A stretch of 63,945 bases of DNA, the filler included, from Octopus bimaculoides (Eukaryota): the NCBI RefSeq assembly GCF_001194135.2. It is 7 parts of 7 records of this genome, joined end to end, with 100 filler letters (N's around TTAATTAATTAA, not from the genome) between each part and the next. Parts side by side here need not be neighbours in the genome. Positions count along the whole stretch, not along the records: positions 1 to 11,017 come from NC_068985.1; positions 11,118 to 25,667 come from NC_068983.1; 5 more parts are not named here. One strand, 5' to 3'. A model generated the notes under the pieces. That model made no database searches and was not told the DNA's origin. It saw nothing but the letters and a program-made list of their open reading frames with translations. Positions 1-11,202 of this stretch are shown here, in pieces. Numbering within the stretch: the stretch's first letter is position 1; every line of letters starts with the position of its first letter. Position numbers and translations under genes: made by a program.

Positions 1-155
1 ATCAACCTCAAATTCGTCAATATCAACCTCAAATTCGTCAATATCAACCTCAAATTCGTCAATATCAACCTCAAATTCGTCAATATCAACCTCAAATTCG
101 TCAATATCAACCTCAAATTCGTCAATATCAACCTCAAATTCGTCGATATCAACCT
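1..155. repeat. 21-bp minisatellite (ATCAACCTCAAATTCGTCAAT)n, at least 7 copies
   Basis: Seven near-perfect copies read directly; the array runs off the window start. Confidence 0.97.
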
Positions 156-220
156 AAGTGTATGTTTGTGGTAATGTAACACGCAATAATGTGTTGCTTG
201 TTTTGTAACAGAAGAAAATT

Positions 221-489
221 GGTGCAGGCGTGGCTGTGTGGTAAGAAGCTTGCTTTCCAGCCATATGGTTCCGGGTTCAGTCCCACTACGTGGCACCTTG
301 GACAAGTGTCTTCTACAATAGCCTCGGGTCGACCGAAGCCTTGTGAATGGATTTAGTAGACGGAAACTAAAAGAAACCCGTTGTATGTATGTTTATGTAT
401 GTGTGTGTGTGTGTGTGTGTTTGTCCCACCGCCATCGCTTGACAACCTGTGCTGGTGTGTTTATTTCCATGAACTTAGCGGTTCGGCAA
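221..489 (+). mobile_element. tRNA-derived SINE family A (tRNA-like head, internal (TATG)/(GT)n, truncated 3' half)
   Basis: Head GGCGTGGCTGTGTGGTAAGAAG...GGTTCAGTCCC (A/B-box-like), followed by a microsatellite and CCATCGCTTGACAACC...AACTTAGCGGTTCGGCAA. The same modules recur at 8940-9163, 10257-10372, 17236-17450, 25521-25636 and 59690-59875. Confidence 0.85.
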
Positions 490-547
490 TCGAAGACATG
501 ATCTTGCGATCGTGAGTGCAACACCTCATCCACTAGGCTACGCGCCT
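488..547 (-). mobile_element. SINE family D 5' head fragment
   Basis: Reverse complement AGGCGCGTAGCCTAGTGGATGAGGTGTTGCACTCACGATCGCAAGATCATGTCTTCGATT resembles the head of the SINE at 1653. Confidence 0.7.
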
Positions 548-900
548 TTACTTCCATCCTACAGTGACGATGCTTAAGTTGACGGTGATGAAAACGAGAT
601 AGACGACAACATAATCGAGACTAGTGATAACGAACTTGACACTGACGATGATGAATTTGATGTTAACGTTAACCCTACTGTCCATTAATAATGACAAATT
701 TGAAGAGGAAACCCTGTAACATCAAATCTTTATTTACTTAGGACTACGCCACTGTGATATGCAAAAACTGGTAGATAGGCCAGGTTTGAGAATATGCAGC
801 AGATCCACAATTTGATATTGAGTAATTCTATGTAATACAATATGATACTGTGTAATGCAATACAAACGACTACAGAGATACGAGGTTCATATTACATATG

Positions 901-1228
901 ATGATGTTGGCACTCCGTCGCTTACGACGTCGAGGGTTCCAGTTGATCCGATCAACGGAACAGCCTGCTCGTGAAATTAACGTGCAAGTGGCTGAGCACT
1001 CCACAGACACGTGTACCCTTAACGTAGTTCTCGGGGATATTCAGCGTGACACAGTGGGACAAGGCTGACCCTTTGAATTACAGGCACAACAGAAACAGGA
1101 AGTAAGAGCGAGAGAAAGTTGTGGTGGAAGAGTACAGCAGGGTTCGCCACCATCCCCTGTCGGAGCCTCGTGGAGCTTTAGGTGTTTCCGCTCAATAAAC
1201 ACTCACAACGCCCGGTCTGGGAATCGAA
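901..1228 (-). mobile_element. SINE family C (head lost in the adjacent gap)
   Basis: Minus strand starts with B-box-like TTCGATTCCCAGACCGGGCG next to the gap and ends ...GATCAACTGGAACCCTCGACGTCGTAAGCGACGGAGTGCCAAC plus a short (ATC) tail. Confidence 0.7.
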
Positions 1229-1652
1229 NNNNNNNNNNNNNNNNNNNNNNNNNNNNNNNNNNNNNNNNNNNNNNNNNNNNNNNNNNNNNNNNNNNNNNNN
1301 NNNNNNNNNNNNNNNNNNNNNNNNNNNNNNNNNNNNNNNNNNNNNNNNNNNNNNNNNNNNNNNNNNNNNNNNNNNNNNNNNNNNNNNNNNNNNNNNNNNN
1401 NNNNNNNNNNNNNNNNNNNNNNNNNNNNNNNNNNNNNNNNNNNNNNNNNNNNNNNNNNNNNNNNNNNNNNNNNNNNNNNNNNNNNNNNNNNNNNNTTCCA
1501 TAATACACAAATTCAAGAAGCACATTACGAAATACACCCCACACGACAAAAAAAGAGAAAACACTAAAAAGAGAATGTGCAACACTTGAGTTGTTAAATT
1601 TGTTTTACAGTAACTTAACGTTACTTTACAGTGTTGTATAATTCGTGGTGGT

Positions 1653-1902
1653 GGAGGCGCGTGGCTTAGTGGTTAGGGTGTCAGCATCATGATCGTAGGA
1701 TTGTGGTTTCGATTCCTGGACCGGGCGACGCGTTGTGTTGTTGAGCAAAACACTTCATTTCACGTTGCTCCAGTCCACTCAGCTGGCAAAAATGAGTAAC
1801 ACTGCGATCGTCTGGCGTCCCGTCCAGCTAGGGAAAACACATACTCTATTGAAACCGGGCCCATGAGCCTGGCTAGACTTTAAAGGGCGCATTTATTTAT
1901 TT
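1653..1902 (+). mobile_element. tRNA-derived SINE family D, near full length
   Basis: GGAGGCGCGTGGCTTAGTGGTTAGGG (A box) ... GGTTTCGATTCC (B box), a central TTGAGCAAAACACTT...CAGTCCACTCAGCTG domain, and an (ATTT)n tail. Confidence 0.85.
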
Positions 1903-2113
1903 TTATAATTCATGGTGACGTGACTAGCCCTGACAAAGGAACACTTGGTAGCAAAGTTAGCAAGTGCTAGTTTGGATTTGTGAAAACTCGATCACCGAGA
2001 TACATTGCAATGAAGAGTGTACATGGGAAACTGACCCCAAACTTGGAAGTGTGCATCCGAGGTGTACCTTCCGTATTTGTTCTGGTATCTGGATCTTGAT
2101 TTTGGTAAGGCTA

Positions 2114-2430
2114 TCGTAGACCTCATCCTCTCTTCCCTCTAATGTACTCGATGTCCGCATCCTCTTCTACCTCCCACACACTCACTAACCTCAGCCCCTT
2201 CTCTCTCCCACGCGCCCGATGTCCTCATCCCCTATGCAGTCGAAGCCCTCAACTCCTCTTCCTTCTTTCGTGCTCGGTACCCTCATCCTCTCCTCCCTCC
2301 AACGCTCTCGGCGGCCTCATTCTTTTTCGCACCATGCACTCGATACCCTCAACCCCTCCTAGCTCCAACGTTCTTGATGCCTTCAACCATTTCTCTCGCT
2401 ACCTTCGTTCTCTCTTTACCTCCCATACAA
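2114..2430. repeat. Degenerate ~33-bp C/T-rich tandem repeat
   Basis: Motif CTCG(A/G)TNCCCTCATCCTCT recurs at about 2114, 2147, 2215, 2240, 2273, 2307, 2338, 2373 and 2395. Confidence 0.55.
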
Positions 2431-3138
2431 ACTCATTTCTCCGCACTAATTAAACGTAGGTCACAGATCACTGCTCCAACTCCTCGCTACTTTAACTCCA
2501 CAATGGCCACTCTGCTACAAGCTAATTGGCGGAGGATTTTCCCTAAGAGTCGAATTGATATTTCCATTCCAATCACTCCACACACAAACTCCCTTTCGTT
2601 CTTTTATTTCACTCGTACTTTTTTCTCCTAAAGTCTTGTATGTACTTCGCTGCTAGTATATAATCAGCCAATCATACGCTCTTATCTACCGGTCATCCTA
2701 TCGTTCAACCAATGGTATGCTATTGTTTATCTACCGTTACGAGAAGTATGTTTTCTACATTACATACACACATACACACACGCACTCATCCTCAGGTTCA
2801 AACCTTCCGAACAAATACACAGAGGGAAACAAGCACGGACACACATACAGAATGAGAGAAACCCAAACACACACATACGCATCGCAATACGCATGCATTT
2901 ACTTTTATACATCCGCAGTCACAATCGGCGGAGGGAGATCAATACAAACACATACACAAAGAGTTAGAAAAATATGCATACACACGCATATACATACACA
3001 AATACGCACATATACACATATGCACACACGTATATACATACATACATTCATGCAAACCGACATACACACATATATGTTTGTATTTATGCATGTAAGTACG
3101 TATGTATATATGCATATGTGTGTACATATGTCTATATC

Positions 3139-3198
<60 letters not shown>

Positions 3199-3707
3199 CA
3201 CACACACATGTTGGAAACGATAACCTGATTGAGATGTGAATGTGCGTACGAATATATATATATANNNNNNNNNNNNNNNNNNNNNNNNNNNNNNNNNNNN
3301 NNNNNNNNNNNNNNNNNNNNNNNNNNNNNNNNNNNNNNNNNNNNNNNNNNNNNNNNNNNNNNNNNNNNNNNNNNNNNNNNNNNNNNNNNNNNNNNNNNNN
3401 NNNNNNNNNNNNNNNNNNNNNNNNNNNNNNNNNNNNNNNNNNNNNNNNNNNNNNNNNNNNNNNNNNNNNNNNNNNNNNNNNNNNNATATAAAGTACACTC
3501 ACACAGACCTACAGGCATAAACCTTCATACAATCGCACACAGACACACGTACAGACACATACACCATACACGTACACATACACACATTCAATTCTCTGAC
3601 ATCGGAAATCGAAAAAGTAAAGAAAAAAGATAAAAGAAAAGATAGAGGAGAAAAAAGTGGAAGCGATAAATAAATAAAAAAAACCCAAACAGAAACACAT
3701 GAAGAAC

Positions 3708-3748
<41 letters not shown>

Positions 3749-4607
3749 TCAGCGAATCAGCTTTGTCTCGTGTAAATCCATCGATTTCAGCTTTGTTACT
3801 TTAAGTCTGCTTCAAAAAGCCCGTCTCCCAATTGTCTACAAGAAATCAATCAAACTTAAAGATACCACTTCCGGCACATTTTAGCGAGTGTAAGAGAGGT
3901 GGGGCGTAAGTTAAGGGAGGTGGAGTGTAAGTAAGTATGAGAGAGATTAGAGAAAATAAGAGAGAGAGGTAAGAACGTGAAGATGAAGTGAGCGCGTGAG
4001 AGAGTGAGTGGAAGACCGAGAAAGATTGGGGAAGGACGAGGAAGAGAGAGGAAGAGGAAGAGGAAGAGGAAGCGGAGGGGATCAGAACAGAGTAAAAGAT
4101 CCTGCTACACTATGAAAGTCTATGATGTCTCTTGGACATCATCCTTTACATTGATGTTTACACACACGTAGACCAGTATTTATTTGAGTTGATTTTACGC
4201 TTAGTTTCTTTTCCGTGTGTGTGAAAGAAACTGGGTGAGAGGGTGTTTATATAATTTGGTTTACAGATGTTGTTGTTGTTGCTGTTGTTGTTGTTGTTGT
4301 TGTTGTTGTTCTAAATGGATTTGTTATTCGCCTTGGCGTTTCTGACTAAGGTGGAGGTGATCGTGGTTGTCGTGGCGATGCTGACGATGCTGGCGATGCC
4401 GGCGAGGCCGATATTGATTAGATTTATATTGCGATGGTAGTCTTTTTAATAAATGATAGCTATGTATTCTGGTTGTGCTTGTCGTTGTTCTAACACCAGG
4501 CGACCACTGCTCCAGCTATCCCATGATCAAGAACGCGGCAGCCGTTACGATTCTGAAACTTTTCCAAACTGGATGACGTTGTCTGTTTTATCACCATCCT
4601 TTCATCA

Positions 4608-6760
4608 CTACTCCATAAAATAGACTAGTCCACAGAATACACTGACCCAAACAATAGACGGTTCCACATACTAGACTGACACACATAATAAAGTCAATCA
4701 CGTAAGAGATTAAACCACAAAATGGACTAACGCACAGAGTAGTCCAGAGATCAACAAAATACAAAGACCAGGTGAAAGAACAACAGAGTGTATTAGGTTG
4801 ACGCTCGGGAAAAGTGGAAGAGGTTTTTAATGTTTCGAGCATATGCTCTTCTGCAGAAAAGCTAAATGAGGAGAGATAAAAGACGGAGAGCAAATAAAAG
4901 CGTGTCTGAGTTCAATGGTTAAGGCATGCTGAAAAGAAGACTGAGCATGATCCATATAACAGACTAATAAATACGATAGACTGACACACACAATAGAGAG
5001 ATCTACACAATAAACTGATCCAAACAGGTACACACAATGGACGAACCTACACAATAGACGAACCCACAAAATAGAATAACCCACACAACATACTAACACA
5101 CATAATAGACTGACCTACACAATACACTGAGTCACGCAACAGACTAATCCACACCATACACAAGTAAACATAATAGCCTAGCCCACACAATGGACTAGCC
5201 AACACAATGGACTGTTTCACACAGCACACTAACCCACACAACAGATTAATCTACACAATAGACTGAAACACACTATGGACTAGTCCTCACAATACACTAA
5301 ACAACACAATGGACTGGTCCACACAGTAGACTGGTTCACACATTAAACTAATCTACACAATAGACTGATCCACAGAAAAGAGTAACAGATTGGTCCACAC
5401 AAAAGACTAACCCTAAACTGGTCCACACGATACACACACTTAATAGACTGATCCCCACAGGTGACTGACCCATACAATAGACTAGTCAAGACCATGGACT
5501 GGTCCATACAATAGATTACTTTACACAAAAGACTAACTCTCACAATAGCCTAGACAATACAAGAAACATGTTCATATAATAGAGTAATCTACACAATAGA
5601 ATGGCACACACAATACCCTAACACACACAACAGACTAACCTACACAATAGATTAAATCACAAAACGGAATGATCCACACAATGGACTGGTCCAAACAAAA
5701 GACTAACCTATACAATAGATTGGTCCACATGATAGACTGGAGGCACTAACGTAGCTAGAGTGTGTGCCACCCGGATCGGCCCTTCCATTTGCCGCCCCAT
5801 GACTCCACAAAAAACATATATTGCCTACAGCAGATCCAAAAGTGGTGCCCCCTTAAAAGTGCCGCCGGGGCTGACAACCCCTACCCACCTCCCCAGCTAT
5901 GGTACATCCAACAGACTAACCTACGCAATAGAGTGGTTCGCATAATAGACTAACCCATACAATAAATTAACCTACAAAATAGCTCGACTCATACAGTATG
6001 GACTATACGCTAGACTAACCCATACAATACACTGGTCCACACAAAAGACTGATCTTCACAATAGACACAATGGACTGGTCCATAAATTAGACTAACCCAC
6101 ACAATTCACTAACCCACTCAATACACTAAACTAACAATACACTAACCTACACAATAGACTGGTTCAAACAAAAGACTGACCCTCACAATGGCCTGGTCAC
6201 ATTATAGACTAAACCACATTAGGCTGATCCACACAATAGATTTGTCTACACAATGGACTACACCCACAATAGATTGGTCCACACCATAGTCTTGTCCACG
6301 CAATAGACTGTGCCACTCACTGGACAATACCACATAATAAACTGATCCACACAAAAAAAACTGATTTACAAATAGACTCGCCCATACAATAGACTAACTG
6401 ACACAATAGACTAACCGGCACAATCGGCTAGTCCACACAATAGACTGGCCCACACGAAGGACTGATCCACGCAACAGACTGGCCCACACAATAGACTAGT
6501 CCACACGAAGGACTGATCCACGCAATAGATTGGTCCACATAATAGACTAGTCGACGCAATAGACTGGCCTGCACAAAAGACTGGTCCACACAATAAACTG
6601 GTTCACATAATAGACTGGTCCCCACAGTTAACTGATCCACAAAATAGTAGACTGACACGGTTGCCTGATCCACATAGTAGAGTGACGCACACAACAGACT
6701 CACCCTCATAATCAATAGGCTCACCCACATAATAGACTCTCTCACACTATTGACCAGTCT
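4608..6760. repeat. Diverged 17-bp minisatellite (consensus ACAATAGACTGGTCCAC), about 110 units
   Basis: Clear 17-nt periodicity of AATAGACT...CCAC over ~2.1 kb, with a more diverged part near 4760-4930 and an insertion at 5744-5907. Confidence 0.92.
5744..5907. mobile_element. GC-rich MITE-like insertion in the minisatellite
   Basis: Abrupt composition switch; ends CACTAACGTAGCTAG and CCAGCTATGGTACAT are degenerate inverted repeats; the 17-bp array resumes on both sides. Confidence 0.55.
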
Positions 6761-6891
6761 ACAAATACTTCATAGGATATCCTCTCAGTCATAGAATACA
6801 CACATCACGCATACTCTACATACACTCTACATACTTATCTCGTATACTCCGCACATACTTCACACACACTCCACACATAGTCCCCACAATA

Positions 6892-7159
6892 GGGGACCGG
6901 TAATAAAGTCACTAGAAAAAAAGTGTCAGAATAATAAAATCACAATCTTGGCTAGGGAAAAAGTCACAGGAAAAAAGTCACAATTAGTTTATGGTGGCCA
7001 GTAATAAAGTCACCAAAAGAAAGTCACAATTAATTTATGGGATCCGGACAAGCCCCTCTAGGACAAAACCACCTCGGACACACACACACACTCGGACAAA
7101 ATCCCCTGTGACTTTATTACCGCGACTTTTTCTCCGGAGACGTTTTTACCTAGATTCCC
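6892..7159. mobile_element. Non-autonomous DNA element with subterminal GGTAATAAAGTCAC/GGAAAAAAGTCAC repeats
   Basis: Direct copies of ...AAAGTCAC at the left end, an inverted GTGACTTTATTACC near 7107-7120, and GGGG/CCC termini. No TSD seen. Confidence 0.5.
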
Positions 7160-7675
7160 AACATTCACCACCCAATTAAACAAACACAATACATTTTTTC
7201 CATAATGACTACCCGGTATTGTTATAATATCTCATCCGTCGGCTTTGTGTTCGTCTTCTCAGGATCGATATAATAAGATAGAAACCATATACTGGGGGTC
7301 GACGTAAATTACTAGCCCCTTTCCGCTAAAATTACTGGACTTGCGCCAAAATTAGAAAGAATTATTATAACACATCTCATATACCACCAAGAAATCACAC
7401 AAAATTGCCACCCAATTATACGACACAACTGCTACATTTCTCATTCTCTACCCGTTCCCCACCCGACAGTGAAACACGTAGCACAATCCTTGGTGTAAAT
7501 TCTCCACTCTGTCGACAGCCAACAAAATAATAGATCTGAAACATTTTACACAACAAAGGACAAAAATAACAGCAGAAACAACAACAAACTTCACAAAAGA
7601 AGTGAATATGTTGTAGCACACAAACATAATTTTACATCATTAAATACAAAACGTTATACTCACACCACAGATACG

Positions 7676-7712
<37 letters not shown>

Positions 7713-8174
7713 GTTGGTGTTGTAGAAACTAGCAAGAAATTGCTGAAAACAAGATAATAATAGTAATATTGAAGACAGTGAGGATAAGGTTGACGATGAT
7801 GATGATGATGTGGAAGAGGAGGAAAAGGAAGTAGAGAGGTAGGAAGAAATTCTAAGTATAAAATAATAGGAATTAATACATTAGCCGTAAGAGCGACAAA
7901 GTATATAGTTTTAATGTAATATATTGAAAAATGAACGAAATAAAGAGACTAGACAGGAAAACAAGAAAATTAATGAATATCTTTTCAAATACATCAGCCC
8001 AAAGCCGGCCTTGACAGGTTATATTTACCACGGACAGAAGGAGGAAAGAAGACTTGTACAATTAGAAAAGTATTGTAAGATAGCTGCTGTTGTAGGTTTT
8101 ACATAAGTATAGGGCAGAAAATAGCAGCGAATTAAAAGAAATAGCTGAAGATAAACAAAACATACGTAGTCTAA

Positions 8175-8196
8175 TAGAGATAGATAGGTAGGTAGG

Positions 8197-8277
<81 letters not shown>

Positions 8278-8278
8278 T
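8175..8278. repeat. (GATA)n microsatellite; similar arrays at 12776-12990 and 25120-25215
   Basis: Read directly. Confidence 0.95.
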
Positions 8279-8831
8279 ATAGCAGTGAATCGGGAATAGA
8301 AAGAGAGCAAAAGTAATAAAGAGAATCACTTAGAAGAAAACATAAGAGTCACTTGAAATGATAATTATAAGTAGATAGAAGGGAATAGATGATTAGATAA
8401 TACTATAACGTTTGGCGCTAAAAAGATAACGAGATAATGATAAAGAAACAGTAGGAGGGAATCTATTCATGATCAATATCTTAACGAGAGTTAAAAGAAC
8501 GTAGATAGAAAGACGATCACGGTGGTGATACTCAGATTTAAAAACTCAGATTTAATCCCAGCCGCGGAGTCTATAAGAACAATGCTAGATGCCAAAGATT
8601 CTACATGTATGTATGTATGTATGTTTGCAGTCGTGTATGTATGTTTGCAGTCGTGTATGTATGTTTGCAGTCGTGTATGCTTGTCAAGAGCAGGGCTCAT
8701 TAGCCACCAACGGAGCCGCAAATGCAAAATAGTCCTAGTTAGTCCTAGAGCGCACAATGTTCCTGAAGGTCGGCAATGGTCTTCCTCGGTCACGAGTGGA
8801 CGGCCATCATGTATGTATGTATGTATGTATA

Positions 8832-8887
<56 letters not shown>

Positions 8888-8939
8888 CGTGTGTGTGTGT
8901 GTGTGTATGCGTATGTGTGTGTGTGTGTGTGTGCGTGTG

Positions 8940-9163
8940 TGTGTCTGTGTCTGTGTTTGTTCCTCTACCATCGCTTGACAACCGATGCTGGTGTGTTTAT
9001 GTCCCCGTAACATAGCAGTTCGGCAAAAGGTACCGATAGAATAAGTATTTGGCTTACAAAGAATAAGTCCTGGGCTCGATTTCTTCGGCTAAAACCCCTT
9101 TTAGGGCAGTGCTCCAGCATGGCCGCAGTCAAATTATGGAAACAAGTAAAAGAATAAAAGAAC
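8940..9163 (+). mobile_element. SINE family A 3' half after a (GT)n array
   Basis: CCATCGCTTGACAACCGATGCTGGTGTGTTTATGTCCCCGTAAC...GTGCTCCAGCATGGCCGCAGTC...GAAACAAGTAAAAGAATAAAAG. Confidence 0.85.
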
Positions 9164-9516
9164 AGACGCTGAAATATTACTGGACATTTGGTGAGCAATT
9201 GTTCTCGGCGTGACAAGTCTTTGTGAAAGTCTCAGCACGGGAACAGACGCGACTAGCTAGAAATAGTAGCCGATACTTAATTTATCGACCCCGAAAGGGT
9301 GAAAGTTCGAGGGAGTATATTGCAATTATAATGAGGAAAATAGTAACATATAACAAATGTAACTAAACAAATGTAAAATTATTTTATTTTCGTTTTATTT
9401 TAAGGCAATAAACATTTCTGTTTTTGAAAATTAGTATTCATTACATCATGTTGTATAAGTATCAAGAAATTTGATAACAGTTGAATTATAATTATTGTAT
9501 GCATGCCGCATTTTCT

Positions 9517-9644
9517 GATATCATCATCATCATCATCATTATCATCATCATCGTCGTCGTTTGTCATCCTCCTCCTCCTCATCATCATCATCATCATCGT
9601 CGTCGTCGTCGTCATCATATTCAGGATCATCAGCATCAGCATCG

Positions 9645-9687
<43 letters not shown>

Positions 9688-9777
9688 TATACTCGTCATC
9701 GTCGTCATCGTCATAATCAGGACCAACATCATCGTTGTCATCATCATCATCATCGCCATCACCATTGTCACCGTCGA

Positions 9778-9824
<47 letters not shown>

Positions 9825-10035
9825 CCATCATTGTTACGTACTCATCCTCATTATCGTCAACACGATCACTGTCGTTGTCGTCATCATCACCACCATCATC
9901 ATCATCATCATCATCACTATCATCATCACTATCATCATCGTCATCATCCTCATCATCATCATCATTGTCAACATCATCATAACCATCATCATTATAGTTG
10001 TCATCATCGTCGTTGTCTTTATCTTCACCATCCTC
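9517..10035. repeat. Compound (CAT/CGT/CCT)n trinucleotide array
   Basis: Read directly; explains the poly-H/I/S/M ORFs in the track. Confidence 0.95.
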
Positions 10036-10256
10036 ACCATAATTATTGCTATTATGGGGGCGCTATACGCCGGAATCAATGGAACACAGAAGAAAATAAA
10101 CCTTTGTGTATTTGGTTTCGACACTTTACATTCCAAATTCGAATCTTGCCGAGGTCAAGTTTACTCTTCATCTTTGTAGGTTCAAAAAAAAAAATTACCG
10201 GTCAAGAGCTGCAGTCGACATGATTGTGTACCTAAGTTACAAATCAATATTATTTC

Positions 10257-10372
10257 TACAGGCGTGACTGTGTGGTAAGAAGTTTGTTTCCCAACCACAT
10301 GGTTCCGGGTTCAGTCCCACCTTGGGCAAGTGTCTTCTACTATAGACTCGGAAACTGAAAGAAGCCCGTCGT
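10257..10372 (+). mobile_element. SINE family A 5' fragment (internally deleted)
   Basis: CAGGCGTGACTGTGTGGTAAGAAG...GGTTCAGTCCCAC, same head as at 221. Confidence 0.8.
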
Positions 10373-10381
10373 GGACGTGGA

Positions 10382-10543
10382 CCCTATCGCAATGGAATAA
10401 AGCTATGTAAATTGTGTATGATAGAAAGACATATCATCCCAATGAACTCACATGAGCCAAGATGCCACCTGAACTCCAGAACGGAAGCCGTAGGGAGTTG
10501 TCCACATGTTCAGAAATCTCTACTTCAAAATTGGAAAACCTAG
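10382..10543 (+). mobile_element. Penelope-like element, C-terminal end of the ORF (after GIY-YIG)
   Basis: Frame PYRNGIKLCKLCMIERHIIPMNSHEPRCHLNSRTEAVGSCPHVQKSLLQNWKT* fits the PLE C-terminal pattern PY..G.K.C.LC..E...I...LN.RSE....C.H..K.LL. Confidence 0.75.
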
Positions 10544-10749
10544 CTATCAAGCGAAGGGAGATAACTCGCCCGGCCATAATTTTTGACAGGAATTTTCCTT
10601 CAACTATCACCGGCGTCCAAGTGTTTTTTAAAATATCTTTTGCAGAGAACAGTTGTTGTTTAGAGAAACTGATGATATGTCTAGTTCACGCTAGATATGA
10701 AACCAATGGTGTTTCTCTAATTCTGTTACGTTACACATCCAAAAAAATG

Positions 10750-10982
10750 TGTGTGTTATTTCTTTACTACCCACAAGGGGCTACACACAGAGGGGACAAA
10801 CAAGGACAGACAAACGGATTAAGTCGATTACATCGACCCCAGTGCGTAACTGGTACTTAATTTATCGACCCCGAAAGGATGAAAGGCAAAGTCGACCTCG
10901 GCGGGATTTGAACTCAGAACGTAGCGGCGGACGAAATACTGTTAAGCATTTCACCCGGCGTGCTAACGTTTCTGCCAGCTCG

Positions 10983-10984
<2 letters not shown>
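10750..10984 (-). mobile_element. tRNA-derived SINE family B (central GCCTTTCATCCTTTCGGGGTCGATAAA domain)
   Basis: Minus strand GGCGAGCTGGCAGAAACGTTAGC...GAGTTCAAATCCCGCCGAGGTCGACTTTGCCTTTCATCCTTTCGGGGTCGATAAATTAAGTACCAG. Related copies at 7240-7370, 13826-14000, 36040-36120, 37320-37530, 42360-42520, 58265-58860 and 63060-63160. Confidence 0.88.
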
Positions 10985-11017
<33 letters not shown>

Positions 11018-11140
11018 NNNNNNNNNNNNNNNNNNNNNNNNNNNNNNNNNNNNNNNNNNNNTTAATTAATTAANNNNNNNNNNNNNNNNNNNNNNNNNNN
11101 NNNNNNNNNNNNNNNNNTATTATTATTATTATTATTATTA

Positions 11141-11200
<60 letters not shown>

Positions 11201-11202
<2 letters not shown>

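Noticed and set aside
221-300. tRNA gene-like sequences at SINE heads (also 1653, 10257, 10930)
   Set aside because: A/B boxes are present but there is no complete cloverleaf, and they continue into SINE bodies.
2717-3744. ORFs rich in HT/CV/YI dipeptides here and across the window, and ORFs made mostly of X
   Set aside because: Microsatellite translations and N gaps read through as codons.
4591-6745. Several Cys/Val/Leu-rich minus-strand ORFs
   Set aside because: By-products of the 17-bp minisatellite; the period is not a multiple of 3.
4608-6760. CRISPR-like periodicity
   Set aside because: Contiguous degenerate units with no unique spacers, in eukaryotic context with no cas genes.
9400-10223. 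Long ORFs with poly-His/Ile/Ser/Met
   Set aside because: Translations of a (CAT)n-type array; all frames are open and there is no splice or domain context.
11062-11073. Isolated TTAATTAATTAA between N runs (also near 25712, 36986, 38993, 46519, 61838)
   Set aside because: An identical 12-mer with stops in all six frames, always inside gaps; a scaffolding spacer artefact, not biology.
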